A stretch of DNA of 56,454 bases from Nemertoderma westbladi (GCA_032718475.1 JAUCBJ010000125.1:1-56454); one strand, 5' to 3'. Shown: positions 1-14,300, numbered from the stretch's first letter. Numbers and translations: made by a program. The notes: generated by a model not told the origin, from the sequence alone.

Positions 1-1354
1 TAAGTAGAAAACAAATCTTCACATGCACTGAACTGGACGAGAAATGTAGGATCAAAGTAATGGCTAAAGTAAAGTTGTAAAAGTTGTTTTGCAGCTCGTA
101 TCGCCGTTTTATCGTCTTTACCGCTCGGTCAATCAATTTCGAGTAATAAACAAAACAATTAATGGCGGGAAATATTCATATGCTCTATCCAAAATAATTA
201 TTTTTATACCGCATATTAAATTTCACGAAGTTCATTTTAGGCACATTCGAAACGAAAGCTCTTTTATCAGAGGACAAAGTTACAAGTTGGTTTGACAAAG
301 GCTGAGCAATCATAAATTGAACAAAATGTGCAGAGAGCATATTTTACCCAAATTAATGTTATGTTGCTTCACAATCACTTTATCTTAATTCAAATGGTAA
401 TGTTGTTCTCTTAGAAAAGAGCTTTCGAATGATCCGAAAACGAACTTCGTACGACCACTAGAACTGGAGATTATACATTTTGAAGATCTCCGATGACCGA
501 TAAGTCTATTCCGTGTAATCCCGCATAGAACGCAGAGTCGCTTAATTGAGTCCCGTCATTGTTCCGGAGACTTGAAGTTGTCTTATAAACTGACCAGTAT
601 GTCCAATAGTCATAAAAAAATACTCATATATTAAAATTTGTGCTCTTTCTCACGGAGACATCCAATTGGCACCACTGAGCACAGAAAATTGCAGAAATTG
701 AATTGAAACCCAAAATTTCATCGCATTTACCAATACCGCAATATATCGGAGCCAGTATCGTCTACCCAAAATATCTCAAAAAGTAAGCAAGATATTGAAA
801 AAATCGTTTCCAAATTTGGATTCAGCATGAAATTCAGCATCAGATAAGATATATTTCAAAGATTTGACTTTTTGGTCAGAAAATCCCCCCCTTATGTAAC
901 TTATTAATTATCATAATTTTTCAACCAAAGACTCATTCAAATGAAAGTTAAATAAAAAAGTTATTCTTTGTTAATATATTTTCGAAATTGGAACAATGCA
1001 TAACTCAAAATTAGAGACAAACAAACATAGAAACATAATATATAATTTAAGAAAATATGTAAAAATATTTCTGCTGTACATAAAGATACACAACTGTCCT
1101 CCTATGGAACTGTTTGCATATTAACAATCCGTCCCTAATATTCTTCCTTATAAATATACGTGCGAATTCCTAAAAATAATAAAAGCCATTATTGATTGAT
1201 TATTTCTCATCATACGCAATTTTATTCCAAAAAATTGGTATTCATTCACCTTCCATTGCCGCTATAACGTGTTGATCGAAATATGAACGATATGCCCCAA
1301 TTCATTAATTCACACTGCAACACAGGAAATTCTTAACTGCCGTTTGCTAATTAT

Positions 1355-2022
1355 TAGGGATGTGGCGAATGTCCGAATCCGCATGATTTTTCGCATCCGC
1401 ATTCGCACCCGCATCCATGGCATGCGGATGTGACATGCGGATGTTACATGCACTATTCAAGCATCCTGTCTGAAGGCCCATCAACCCCTCAATTAAATTT
1501 TCAATAATAAATACTGGTAATTAATAGTAGTTATAGTAGTAGAATAGTCAAAATAGTAATAGTAATGGTAATTAAAAAATACAATAATAATAATACTTGT
1601 TTATTTTTTGACCGATAAACAGACAGACAAATAGACAGACAGACATTTAGACAGTTTCTGTGAGAGGAGCAACCTTAGAAATTCGATTTTGTGTGTACCA
1701 GTGTGTGTACACGTACATTGTTGTACACTATACAGTATACACTAACACTCGACTCGACTATATAAACAATGTTTGTTGTATTATTGTTTTGTTATATTAT
1801 GTCCCACTCTGTTCTATAACCTTAGACTATTGTTAGTTTATTAATATAAGATTAGAATATAATATTAAATTGCTGGTATAACCTTGATTTAAAATGGAGG
1901 CCAGGCAAAAATATGTATGTTTTAATAGACATCCGCCCGCATCCGCATCCGTATCCGTGCGGTTGTCACCTCAGACATCCGCATTCGCGGATGTTAAAAA
2001 TATGACATTCGCAACATCCCTA
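1355..2022. mobile_element. Non-autonomous hAT-type MITE
   Basis: TIRs TAGGGATGTGGCGAATGTC / GACATTCGCAACATCCCTA. Perfect 8-bp TSD CTAATTAT at 1347-1354 and 2023-2030. Subterminal ATCCGC/GCGGAT repeats at both ends; no ORF. Confidence 0.9.
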
Positions 2023-3460
2023 CTAATTATACACTACAGTTTCTGTGTTAATACTGTAGCTTACAGTACTTGAATAATAGGAATTTTTAGGAAAATATAA
2101 GTGGCCTTCGTTTCACTTGCATCCACGTATTTGTAGGAAAAAAAGTCCAATCTTTAATACTAAAACATCGGCTACTACTATTCGGCCTTATATATCAACA
2201 TTTTATTACCGAGGTAAATAAAATACCTTATAATGGTAAAAATAATTTAATTTATTCCTAAGCGTAATGAATAATTACAATATCCGGAATGGGGACTAAT
2301 CGTCTATTTAGTAAATTATATAGCAATTATTAGAAGACCGTCAGGGCTTCTTGCTGTCAACAAAAAACGTCTGTGTGTTTGTCTGTATGTATGTTTGTGC
2401 ATATTGATATTGGCTTGGAAGGGTAAGAAGTGCTCTACTTCGTAGCCAACTATACAAAGAAATGTATCGATTATTTGGGTTCTTATTTCGGTTATTAATT
2501 ATTTAAGCGGGTAAAATTAAGATCTTGCTGTATAAAAGTAGCACAGGTCGATTCGCCGTGTCCCATTCTCACAAAGATTTCATTACGGTATATTCGAGTG
2601 TTTAATATAAAGATATATGATTATTTATTGATTGAAAACAAAATAGTGTATAAATATGTAATATTCCCTCACGCAGCCTGAACTTTGCCTATGGTAGCGA
2701 ATAGGGAAGGATTTTCTCTGTATCATAGCAACGTTGTATAATTACTTAACTCAAGCTAGCTGGGAAGACAGGTAGCAAGCTGGCCGGAGTGTTGAGTGTG
2801 TCTCAGTAAATCCAATGGTTGGGGTGGGTTGTCTATTGAGAACTCCGAACTGGTCATGGCATTAATTCTGCTTTCTCCAAGGCTGCATGGAGGGTGGGAG
2901 GGGTTTACATATTGATTGCGATTGATATTTGATTGGGGATTAGATTATCATTTAGTTTTTCGGTTTTGTTGTCTTATAGACGGTCTTCTTATAGCCAGCT
3001 TGCTGGCTTTCTAGTTCTTAAAAGTGTAATAAATATTTAGTAAACACAATCACAGTCGATCGAAACAATAACGGTTCTAGCTATAATTCCCCGTAGTTTG
3101 GTCAGCGATTTATGTTCTGACATTCGGAGTTTGAGGCCAAAAATATTGTAAAATTCCTCTGGTATTTTGTGCTTCAACTTTTGATATACGTATATATGTT
3201 CCTTTATATTTATAAAAAGAAAGTTAAATAATTATCTTTTTTAACTTTATAATCAGTATTTTTAATGATTATTGATTTGTGATCTTATTTTAACTGGTAT
3301 TTTTAAAGTATCGCAATTATTTAGTCAATCAGAAACAAAAAATAAGAAATCAGTAATCGTGACAGACTAACTCACTCACCCAAAACATATCACGTAAGGT
3401 TTGTATTATATAAACTAATCCAGTAATCAAAGACTTTATTCCATTCAAGCCTTTCAGCCT

Positions 3461-4021
3461 TTACGGCCAGGAGATGGTGACACTCTTAAATTTCTTTGAG
3501 AGGGGAGGAGAACAAACTTGAGTTCTACTAATAGAAGTAGATTTAGTAGAACTAGATCTGGAATCTTTATTAGTAGAGGTAGATATTACGGTAGGCCTAC
3601 CAGACCTAACAGAATCCGAATTGGTCCCGGTTCTACTCAATGTTCGGCAGATTTTCGGACTAGATTCTTTCCGCTCCGAAGAATCTAAAGATTTCCGCTG
3701 AACTTTCACGAGTTTATGACGCAATAAAGGAGGCGGTTTCAGTCTGTCTGTCGACCCCGCGGTACCGGTAGCGATTCTCACGGGGGAAGGTAAACGCTTC
3801 AACCCCTTCCTGGTATCGGAACCGACGGCATGGCTTTCTGCGGGTCGCTTACGTTTTAATGGACGTTGTGGTAAAGGCAGCACGACCCGGTTGTAAAGAC
3901 TCAGTAAATTATCTCGAGTTGGCGAATCCCCCAGAGCCACACATCGGCTACGTAGGAGTTTGGTTAGAGTCTCGCTACTCATCACTTCGGGATGTAACAA
4001 GTCTAATTGTTCGCTTTCCAT
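3461..4021 (-). CDS. Ashwin-family protein (C2orf49-like, tRNA ligase complex subunit), intronless
   Basis: Motifs LLHPE, LY...PLPQR, DRLKPPP and C-terminal KK..VTISWP match the Ashwin family pattern. Minus-strand AATAAA at 3435-3440 just after the stop. Confidence 0.8.
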   Translation of the reverse strand: MESEQLDLLHPEVMSSETLTKLLRSRCVALGDSPTRDNLLSLYNRVVLPLPQRPLKRKRPAESHAVGSDTRKGLKRLPSPVRIATGTAGSTDRLKPPPLLRHKLVKVQRKSLDSSERKESSPKICRTLSRTGTNSDSVRSGRPTVISTSTNKDSRSSSTKSTSISRTQVCSPPLSKKFKSVTISWP

Positions 4022-4824
4022 TGCTCTTTTGCTTTTAATTAATACAAATCAAACACTAATCCTGTAGGGCCTAAACCTGTAGCATAAACAAACGGTCTTA
4101 TTTTACTATTTTAGAGCATTTTTCTAATCTTAGACCTACCGGTACTGTTAATTAACCAGTTAACTAACTGTACGTTACGTACTGCAGGTACTGTAGTTGC
4201 AGTTCTGTACTTCGTTTCCGATTTGTAAATATTTTTTAACATACCGCTGTACCGCAGTGTACAGGTGTAGGCCTACCTGCCCTGCCTACCACCGGTAATG
4301 CAGTAAGAAATTTTAATCAAGCAGCGGGTTAAACCTTTCCATATAGGTCTGTATGATGTCGTACGTCAGTACACAGTACGTATCCACGTATGTGCGTACT
4401 GCGTTACGTGGTACGTACTAAAAGGTAGAACGATCTATAACGGGCTATAACGATCTATAACCACTGCTGCACTGAACCAGATAACGGGCTATAACTTCCC
4501 CATAACAAGCTATAACCACCTATGCTATAACGAGCTATAATCTGAAAAGTTACAATAAAAAAACCTATTTTAGAATGGATTTATGATCCTAGTCAGTAAT
4601 TTAATTACGCAATTTGGTTTTTTAGTCCATAATGCTTTTCATCTTTGTGGTATCACGACGAAATCAGTCATTACTGCATTTAGTTATTAGCCTGCATTAT
4701 CTGACTTTCAGACAGTGCAGCAGAGGAGAGGTCTCCCATCTCTCTGTCTATCCTCCATCCTGATATATACGCTGTCAGCTTCTGGTTGATATAAAATACA
4801 GGAATGTGAGCAATATCTGAATAA

Positions 4825-6610
4825 TCGGGATACAGGAAAGGTTTCTCTGTTGAGACCTGCTTAATGTACCTAAATAACTACATAAAGGAAGCAGTCGACG
4901 ATGGTAAGTTAACTGGTGTAGTATTTATAGACTTACGTAAGGCCTTTGACACCGTGGACCATGATATACTGTTGCGAAAACTGAGCTTTATTGGATTCTC
5001 AGGAGCCACTGTTGCTTGGTTTAAATCGTATTTGAGTGAAAGACGACAAGTTGTATATGTTCGTGGTGTACAATCTTCTGTTCGGGAATTGATAAAGCGG
5101 GGAGTCCCTCAGGGTGGTTTACTATCTGTACTAATATTCTTACTATATATCAACGACAGTGATATAGCCATAACCAACAAGTCATCAGCCAACACAATCA
5201 CAGATCCAACACTAAATAATCCCGCACCTACTTGTTTATCACTGAAATTAGCTGATGATTCAAACATTTTAGCAGCTCATGATAACATAGACCAACTATC
5301 TATTTCATTGTCAGCGACACTAACCAACATCTACAACTGGGCAACAGATAATAAACTGAGCTTAAATTTTAAGAAAACAACAGCGATCATCTTTGGAACA
5401 CACCATAAACTTGCGCGAAATAATAACTTAAAGGTCGTATGTAATGGAATTGATATTGAACAAAGGACAAGCATTAAGTATCTTGGTTGTCATCTCGACA
5501 TGGATCTATCAGGTAACACCATGGCCGCTCAGGTCATAAAAAAGGGAAATAAAAACTTAAGATTTTTATACAGACAAGGGGCCTTCCTAGATTTCCACTT
5601 GAGAAGACAACTTTGTAACACCCTGATCCAACCACATATGGATTTTGTAGCTTCAAGTTGGTACCCAAGTACATCCAAAAGACTAATAAACCAACTTCAT
5701 GCTTTACAAAGAAAATGCATACGTTTCTGCCTCAGATTACCAAGCCGCACGCATATCACTCAATGGCACTACAACGAATTGTCTTGGTTACCAATTGAAT
5801 GGCGTATAAACCAGTTATTAGCGACGCACATGTACCGGATAACGCGCTCACTTTCACCGCCATACCTTAGTTCCCTTGTTCGATTCAACTCTGTGTCTAT
5901 TGATCTCCGGGGTGGTAACAGTCGCGCGATAGTCCCATCGAGGCACACGGTTACGGGATGCGAATGTTTCTCGTTTATGGGGCCAACTATATGGAATGCG
6001 ATACCCTTAGACGTGCGCAATGCGGTATCCGTGGAAGCTTTTAAACATAATATCAAAACACATTTCCTGAGTAAACTAACTTCCAACGAAAATACAATAT
6101 GGGAATATTGAATATCAATGATTGAATGTGAATCATATAACTGCATCCCAGACCCCATCATCAGCCGAAACGTCTGTTACCTGACGCTGACATCCGCACC
6201 CCCCCCCCCCCCCCCCCCCCCCAACCGACATGCCACATTAAACTTAAAAGATCGAGGTTTTTTATCATGATTGATTGTAAATATTATATCTTAATAGTTG
6301 TTTATGATCTATTTGTCTATTTTCTTTTTATTATTCATTTTTATTAATTTCGGTTTTTATTTTAATTAATTGTCTACAGTAGTTTAGTAATAAGTTCAAA
6401 GATTTTCTTTATAATTTTCAATATTGTCAATTTTATTTATAGTTTTAAATATTCTCTGTCTTAGTTATGATTTTAAATATTGACCATTTTAGTTATAATT
6501 TTAAATATTGTTTATTTCAGTTAAAATTTTAAACATTGTCTACTTTTGTATTATTCCTCGAGGACCCTCATGGAAACGAGGTTTTACCTCATGAGGCAAT
6601 CCTCAAGCGC
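4825..6610 (+). mobile_element. 5'-truncated non-LTR retrotransposon, CR1/L2 group (Crack/Daphne-like)
   Basis: RT fragment begins at SGYRKGFSVETC. The 3' UTR has a poly-C run, AT-rich repeats and a stem-loop-like GAGGACCCTCATGG...CATGAGGCAATCCTC at about 6559-6604. Ends are approximate. Confidence 0.8.
4864..6111 (+). pseudogene. Truncated LINE ORF2 reverse transcriptase C-terminal part
   Basis: Motifs FIDLRKAFDTVDH, GVPQG, LADD and KYLG. No endonuclease domain. Confidence 0.85.
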
Positions 6611-6959
6611 CACCTCACTCAAATTTACGTTGCAAACTGTATCAGACAAACTATATTTTCTATTTCTTTTTAATATATGTCCTGCTTCTCCGTGTGTCAG
6701 TATGTACAGTAATTTGTTCTTACTACACTTTTTAAAATAATAACAATTTTATTTTAAAGCATGCGGGAGGCGAATTTTAATTTCAATTTTAGTTAATTAT
6801 CATTATTATTAGTTGATCCAGCACTTAATGTAATCAACCACTGCCATGTTTTATTGAACATATCAAAGTTTTAATTAGAATGTAATCTTATACAGTATGT
6901 TTTACCTTTACTTTTAATGCATTTGTGTTCGTATTGTACGTTGTGTTGTCTTGTATTAG

Positions 6960-8068
6960 TGTTTGCGCTTTTAAGACCTTTGGCAGTTTAACCTACCAAA
7001 TTGGGATGTCTTTTAGATGATAGATAGTCTTTAGCCTATGACGAGTATTTGATACACTACATTAGCCGAAACCAGTCTATGCGCAATCATTCACCCGCTG
7101 GATATACCCGGGAGACTGGATTCGGAAGCTTAACTTGATTGAGGTGCAAGCCTACTGTATTATTCGACTGATCGTAATATATATAATCTCTGACAAATAT
7201 TATTTACTTTCGGGAAATATTAACAGTTCCTTTAGGACGTGGCGCTCTAAATATATAAACAGAGTTATGACTTAAACCAGACGCAACGGGATGGCTATAG
7301 ATTCACGTATATGGCGCATTCTTTAGGAAATGCTTCGTTATCAATCACTATCATACAAAATGCTGCACAATGCTGCACACCAATCTGCCGACCTTCACTA
7401 ATTTTAGTCACATACAAAGAGAATAACAGACAATACATGTAGGGCCTATAAAATAGCATTAGATTCACTTCAAACCACTTAACATACGTCGCAATCGTTT
7501 ATATGTAACCGGTCTCTCTAACCTTTAGTATATCAAGAAGATTGGGGTGTCTGACTATTGATAGCAAAAGCTGTCTGACAGCAAAAGCAGTAATGATTAG
7601 TTAATTGAGTGAATTAAGTGTGATAACGGATATACGTTCTATAATTAAGCCTACTAATGTTAAGCTAAAGACTGAAACACGGAGGTTCCATGCCGGTGTT
7701 GTAGGCTGTGGAAGAAATCACATACACTGACTCAACTTCACGAGTTTCTATCTACCATCTAACATAGAGGCAAAAAACGCTCTGATTGGTCGACCGAACA
7801 AAGAGAGAACAAAGGACAAAGAAATGTTCTATGTGGCAATATCAGCTGTTAGCCGTCGTCATGTTAGCGACACTGTTTTCAAGAGGATCCGGCTTATTGC
7901 GTCACAAAATTGCGGATTATGTCCTCTAAAGTACGCATACAGAAGAAATGACTTTTATGTCCTCTAAAACACCAGTACAGTAAGGACACGGCCCTTTTAT
8001 GCCTGGTAAACCAACTACAGAGTACTTTACGGGGAAAATAACCGGCTAATTACGCAAAAGCTTTTACA
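6960..8068 (-). repeat. 3' LTR of BEL element 1 (1109 bp)
   Basis: Direct repeat of 40452-41591, with about 10 substitutions counted by eye and one complex indel. Confidence 0.95.
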
Positions 8069-8076
8069 CCGCTCCC
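8069..8076 (-). promoter_or_regulatory. Putative polypurine tract of BEL element 1
   Basis: Minus strand reads GGGAGCGG immediately before the TG of the 3' LTR. Confidence 0.6.
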
Positions 8077-8539
8077 AGAAAATGGGATTTAAGTCTATAA
8101 AATATAACAAATCACAGTTTCTAAAATATAAAAATACTCTAAACAGTTAGCCTTTCTTACGCGGTCGGCGTTTACGCAGTTTTTTGAGGCTAGCAAGAGT
8201 CCTTTTCTCTTTGGGGCGAGCAACTTTACTAGGAGGGCTATAAATCCTGGGTGAAGGGTGCAATATGATTGCATCAGAAGGTGTAGGATTATGGTCGGGG
8301 TATCCGCCGTTTCGATATGCTTCTCCTCGAGCTGATTTTCCTCCGCTCGTAGCTGGATACGTTCATCCAAAAACTCTCGCAGAGAATGGGGTTGTCTAAG
8401 TTCGATATCTTCTTAGAGATTCTGGATTTCACAATCGAACTGAGACAAAGACAATTCGTTTATCGCTTGGACTTGCTGTTACCACTTACGTTTATCTGAA
8501 CAAACGCAGGTTTCCTTTCTGATCTTTGTAGAATAGCGT

Positions 8540-9669
8540 TTAACTCGTTTGGTACAACGTTCTCCGCCACTTTGGAGACAGGTTATATCGTGTTAAGCCG
8601 GGACGATGGTAAGGGTTAAACGGCGATATTAAATGTCCGCGTCCCAATCCGGCTAGGTAGGATGGGCTAATATCTAGGAAGCCCACAACTGGGGTGCCAC
8701 CGACTAATTGTTCAGGTAACACTAGATCTTTGAGCAGTGAGTACAGCTCGAGAGGATCCGTCATACTAATAGGATCAAGAGTCTGAGGTCTCACTAGAGA
8801 ATGAGGAGTTCTGATCGAGTATTCCGAAACTCTGATCATTGGTTTATTTAAGGATCGTCTGAGTCGAACGAGCGTAGGTGATACATTGAACAAGTTTCGC
8901 TCGAAACTCCCGTAAGTATAGCGAGTAAACCGTGTTTAGCGCAACGTCTCCGCGGATGTTTATGTCTTTCCGTTTGTTGGTTGGGTCTTGGGCATTCATC
9001 GCAATAAAACCAAAGACGCACGTCTTGTAGGGGGAAACGCGAGTGATCTTTCTCCAGCTTACAATATTCTTCCATCCGTTCGAAGCTATCCGGTACAACA
9101 GGTAGCGGTCGATCGGCGGTAAGATACATCATAGTGGAATAGAGCCGTTTGAGTTCTACCATGCGGTCATGATGTATACCTAGAGGATATCGAGTTTCTA
9201 GATTCTGTTGACTGGTAATATCGAGATAGGCTTCTCTCAAGAATTCCAGGTATTTGGTGAAGTCGCTGCGTTTATCCGGCTCTTCAACATCTGCACTTTC
9301 GAGTCGGTTTCGAATAGAATTTTCGTATTCGAGTCTCAGTTTATCGTTCCGCTTCCGCTGGGTATGATATTTAAATAAAACCATTTCCCTTTTGGTGTCT
9401 ATATCGTTCGTATCGTGTAGGTCGATAGGATGACCAGTAGTTAAGAAGTCCATATACGTACCATTACGATGTGTATAGCGAGCGGTGAATTTTCTACAGT
9501 CCAACCCACGCGCAAGTTGCTCCCGGGACATTGGCGGTTAGATATAACGACCATCGTCCTCCGTAGTAGTTGGACCAGCGTCGCCGCGTATCAAGCTATC
9601 AACAAACGCTTGTAAAGGTAGAGTATATCGCTCCCTGATACCAAGATCATCTTCTATCAACTCAATCAT
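8540..9669 (-). pseudogene. Disrupted accessory ORF of unknown function in the env position of BEL element 1
   Basis: The frame of ORF 8848-9531 extends upstream through one TAA to an ATG near 9669. It overlaps ORF 8540-8893 in another frame. Contains CDEC...H.H....C..H. Confidence 0.5.
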
Positions 9670-10504
9670 ATCTGCTATATAAGTTTATCCATATTATAAT
9701 GAGTTTATATTTAGGCGAGCGGGCGTCGCTGCCTACCCCTCTCTGCCCCCGGACAGTGCGAGATCCTCAGCGCTGGTGTACTTTCGCCGATGTGCCTATC
9801 GCCAACGTCGTAGCTGCACAACGACTACAACAACTAGCACAAGTCACTCCACCGTCCGTCCCAAAGGCTTAGATATACTTCAGGTTCTTACTGGAGAGTT
9901 AGGGTTACTTTCACAATTGCGACTCGCTACTGTAAACACACCTTAGTAGTAACATTCACCTACAAACGCACAAATTCCACGTAACTGTCACAAATTGTAC
10001 ACATTCTATCACACATTCGGGTCATTTGTCCGTTAGTCAAGTGCCTTCCAGAATGTCACGTTGTTATTATGTATCCTTGGATACTAGCGGTGTGCTATTT
10101 ATTCCGTATGCTATTCAATGGGGCAAGCCTTCTATTGTTCTTTTAACTCACTTCTAATTCTAGCGTGGTTGTTGCCATGGTGACATTATGGAAAGCTAGC
10201 GGTAGAATTAGGGTAATTCTCATGCATACAGATCTGGGATGCTATTTAATAGTAATTCTTTAATTGTCAATATCCTCTCTATATATGATTTTATGAATTT
10301 TATCGGCTATTGACTATATATTGGAGATTCTCGCACACAAATACACTTAATAGAGTGAATCTCCGCTCCCATGATCTATTAATTAATGGAATTTTGGGAA
10401 TGTTATAAATTGTATAAAATGACAATTTATTAAATTCATTGAAATATATGAATTTAAATTTATTCCCGTAAATTTTATTATTTAATATTAAAATAGACAT
10501 AATT

Positions 10505-10768
10505 TTATTCCAGAACGTGTCTGGGGACTGGGATCCTTGATTCTAGGAATTTTGTCTTTTTAAGAGTATCGGTAAGTGCTACGATATCTTAATCGACTAG
10601 AATTTTAAAGGATCTGATATTTGACAGATTTTGTAAATATTAATAATTAATATTTAGGATGGGCACCAGTTTATTCCAGAACTTGTCTGGGGACGTTAAC
10701 CACTGATTCTAGAATTTTGTCTTTCAAGTATATCGGTGGGTGCCGCGATATCTTAATCGACTAGAATT
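10505..10768. repeat. Two ~100 bp direct repeats in the BEL 3' internal region
   Basis: TTATTCCAGAAC.TGTCTGGGGAC...CGATATCTTAATCGACTAGAATT at about 10505-10604 and 10671-10768. Confidence 0.85.
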
Positions 10769-11315
10769 GCAGATGGTCAAAGGGTTTAACAGATTTATTT
10801 TGCGTTATACGCTACTGTTAAAGGGACATCACGCTACTATATGTATTATTTAATATACGGTATGAGAGCAATATCGCACGAAGCAATGTCAGTGTGAAGA
10901 GGCAAGTCGTTTCCAAGGTCTACCCAGAGCTTGGTTTAGCCGAGACACGAGGATCTGAACTTTGCATTCCTAATACTCTGCCTACCAATAATACTTGAAT
11001 ATAGTAGTGGCTTTATTGTACTTTAATAAGTACGGACATTTCATCTTACTGTAGTTACGTATTCGTAATATAATACGGGCAGTAAGGAAAGAGAAAAAGA
11101 ATTATTTCTCGCCGTCGCACTAAATATATAATATAAGTAATTACGTAATAAACGCGAATATATATTGCACTAATCTACTAAATAATCGCTAAAATAACAT
11201 TCTACTAAATAAAATTAAATAAAACGATTATAATAAAATTACATAATAATACATACATAAATATAAAATAATAAGACAAATATAAAATATAGTCATACAC
11301 CCACTCCAGCCGTTG

Positions 11316-14300
11316 TTAAGTTGGGGAGTCCCTAGATGTTTGTTGGATTAGGGAGGTGGTCGTGGGAAGAGTATCTTGCCTCCCATAGTTTCCGGAGAGT
11401 TCTCTGTCTCTTTCCAGTAAACATAAGCGACCAACTGGGCGATTGAGCTGCTGCGTCTCGAAGACAATTCCCGGTTTCTTGAAGTTACGTCGCATGACGA
11501 CGAGTTCTACCGATCGCACCAAACCATCATCAGAGATGTGAGTCTCGATGATACGACCTGTCTGCCACCTCTTACGTGGAAGATCTACATCCACAATAAG
11601 AACCATGTCTCCAGCGCTGACGTTTTCTTGCTGCGCAAACCACTTAGTTCGAAGTTGTAGCGTGGGCAGATAATGTTTTTCGAAATGATCAGCGAAACGA
11701 CGGGATAACAACTGCATGAGTTGCCAAGTTTGCCGGCAGTATTCGTCTCCGTCTGTGATTTCCGATTGTGGGAGCATGGCTACAGGTTTCTTCAGTAGGA
11801 AGTGCGCGGGTGTTAGCGCTTCCAGGGAATCGGGACTCGATGAGACTGGCATAAGCGGTCTCTCGTTGAGATAGGCGGCGATTTCCTCCATTAACGTCCG
11901 CAAAAGTTCGTCGGTGAGATACGCGCGGCAAGGCACTATAAAGTGAAATGCTGTCTTCACACTTCTTATTAATCTCTCCCAACTTCCTCCCCACCAAGGG
12001 GCGTCGGCGGCGTTGAAGGTCCAGCTAGACGCTGTTACTCGTAGCTGATCGTCCACCTGTCTTTGGTTCCAATCTTTGACGTAAGCTTTGATTTCATTGT
12101 TGGCACCAATGAAGTTAGTTCCCTTATCAGATCTCATCGTGTTACTAGTGCCAAAGCGAGCGATCTGTCGTCGTAAGCTTAATAGGAAGCTGTTGGTCGA
12201 TAAATCGTTCACCATATCGAGATGGATAGCTCTACAAGTCATACAAACAAAGATTACACACCATCTCTTGACTATAGTCCTAGCACGATATACTTCAATA
12301 GGGCCAAATAAATCCACACCGGTATTAGTAAAGGGTGGTTCATAGAAGCTTACTCGTTCCCTAGGTAATTCTGCCTCTCGCTGTGTTAAAGGCCTACTGA
12401 ATGCTTTCCTACAGGGTATACAGTTCCTAAGAACTTGGTTCAGAGCTCTACGGGGTTTATAAAAATAATAGCGAGTTCGAATTTCGCTAAGAACTCGTTC
12501 CCTACCAGCATGATAAAGTTTGCTGTGAACATCTACAATCATCTTGACTTGTATTTCAAGATTTCTAATGAGTATGGGGAACTTAGTGTCAAAGGATAAT
12601 GGGGCATTCGTTAATCTTCCTCCAACACGTATCAACCCATCTATCATTGTGCTAGAGAAACGATCCCTTAAGCGCATCTGTGGATTTCTCAACAACAGGA
12701 AATACTTATCGGAATCTTCATAGCATTGCAGGAGTCTCAGCATCTGCTTGTTGGTTTCTTCATGCTCCTGATAACTGATCTTCTCCTTCAGAAACCTGTC
12801 GGGTATCTTATATTTGGGAAGATCTTTAATAACATGGACCTGCACTGATGTTATTGGAGCGGTATCACCTTTGGCCTTCATCCCGGAGTAGTGATGGTGA
12901 AAACATCTCTTTAAATATGTAACGGCCTTACAGAGCCGATTCCAGGAACTGTAGTGATGTATCGCTCTCTGCAGAAGAGGTGAGAGTCCTTGCGAGACGT
13001 CTGGTATTCCAGATTTCCAATCCTTCTCACGGATTTCCACAACAAGTTTATTTGTGGCTGTGGGTTTCTGATCCAAAGCGTCGTCTCCGGAAGTATGTAG
13101 TACAGACAGATCTACCATAGGTTTGAATAACTTCGATTTACTCGCCCGAGTTTTAGGTTTGACTTTCTCCGCTCCCTTGGCCTGTCTAATCTCTGCTGTA
13201 GTAAGATGAGGAGGCCATTCTTCTTCTTCTTTGTAGAGGAAGTCGGGTCCACCTAACCAGTCTGGAGTATCTACCAGTTCTTGTGGAGTTGCTCCCCTGG
13301 AGGCGATGTCTGCTGGGTTAATCGTTCCGGGGCAATGTCTCCATTGATCCATCGTTGTGCGACTGAGTATAATGGCTACTCTGTTGGTAACGAAGACGCT
13401 GAACTGACAGACTTCATTGGTTATATACTCCAACACGAGTAAAGCATCGGTCCAATAGACAGTTTTCTCCAGTGGATAGTCGATCTGTTTTGTTACATTC
13501 CGGCCGATGGCTGTGGCGTATAGAGCCGCTTTTAACTCCGCTCGAGGAACTTTTAACTTGTTGTTTATCAATGCCTTAGAGGTAACTAAGGCGACTTTGA
13601 TTCCGTCCGGAGTTTCCACCCTTAGGTAGGCTACTATACCTATTCCCATATCGCTGGCGTCTCCAAACACATGGAGTTGATAGGAATACGTAGGGAGAAC
13701 ATGACCAAAATATGAACGGGAAATTATAAAGTTCTCGATGGCCGGTAGAGAATCTTCCCATTTCATCCACTTCTTTAATAATTCTCCCTTAAGTGGATCG
13801 TCCCATGAGTGGTTTTCAAGCCACATTTGTTGTACTAAGCTCCGAGCAATCAATATAACTGGGCTAATAAATCCCAATGGATCGAAATAAGTGCTCAGGA
13901 TACTTAGACAAATCCGTTTAGTCCAAACTGGATTATCTCGCTGTTTTAGTTGGAAAAACAGGATATCTCTTTCGGTGTCCCATTTCAAACCAAGGGTTTT
14001 AGTCTCTGGGAGATCATCCTTTATTAGATCTAGGTCTTTTGCTCCTCGATCTTCTACCGGGATCGACTCCAGAAACTCACGGGAGTTGCTGGTGAATTTA
14101 GTTAATCGAAATCCACCTTTCTTTAAGCACTCTACCGTTCTTTTAGCGACCTCAATGGCTTCTGCGACTGAGGGAAGGGACTTTAGATTATCGTCCATGT
14201 AGATGTCTCTCTTGATGTTGTCAATCACCTCTTTAGAGAAGGCGTCTCGGTTGTCATCCGCAGTAGTGCGCACCACGGAACAGGCGTTTGAAGGGCTCGA

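Noticed and set aside
1-895. Possible non-autonomous DNA transposon fragment ending CCCCCCTTA
   Set aside because: The other end is outside the window; no TIR or TSD can be verified.
4430-4725. CTATAAC repeats with a short CTGCTGCACTG inverted repeat
   Set aside because: Probably a transposon-end remnant, but no TSD or clear boundaries were found.
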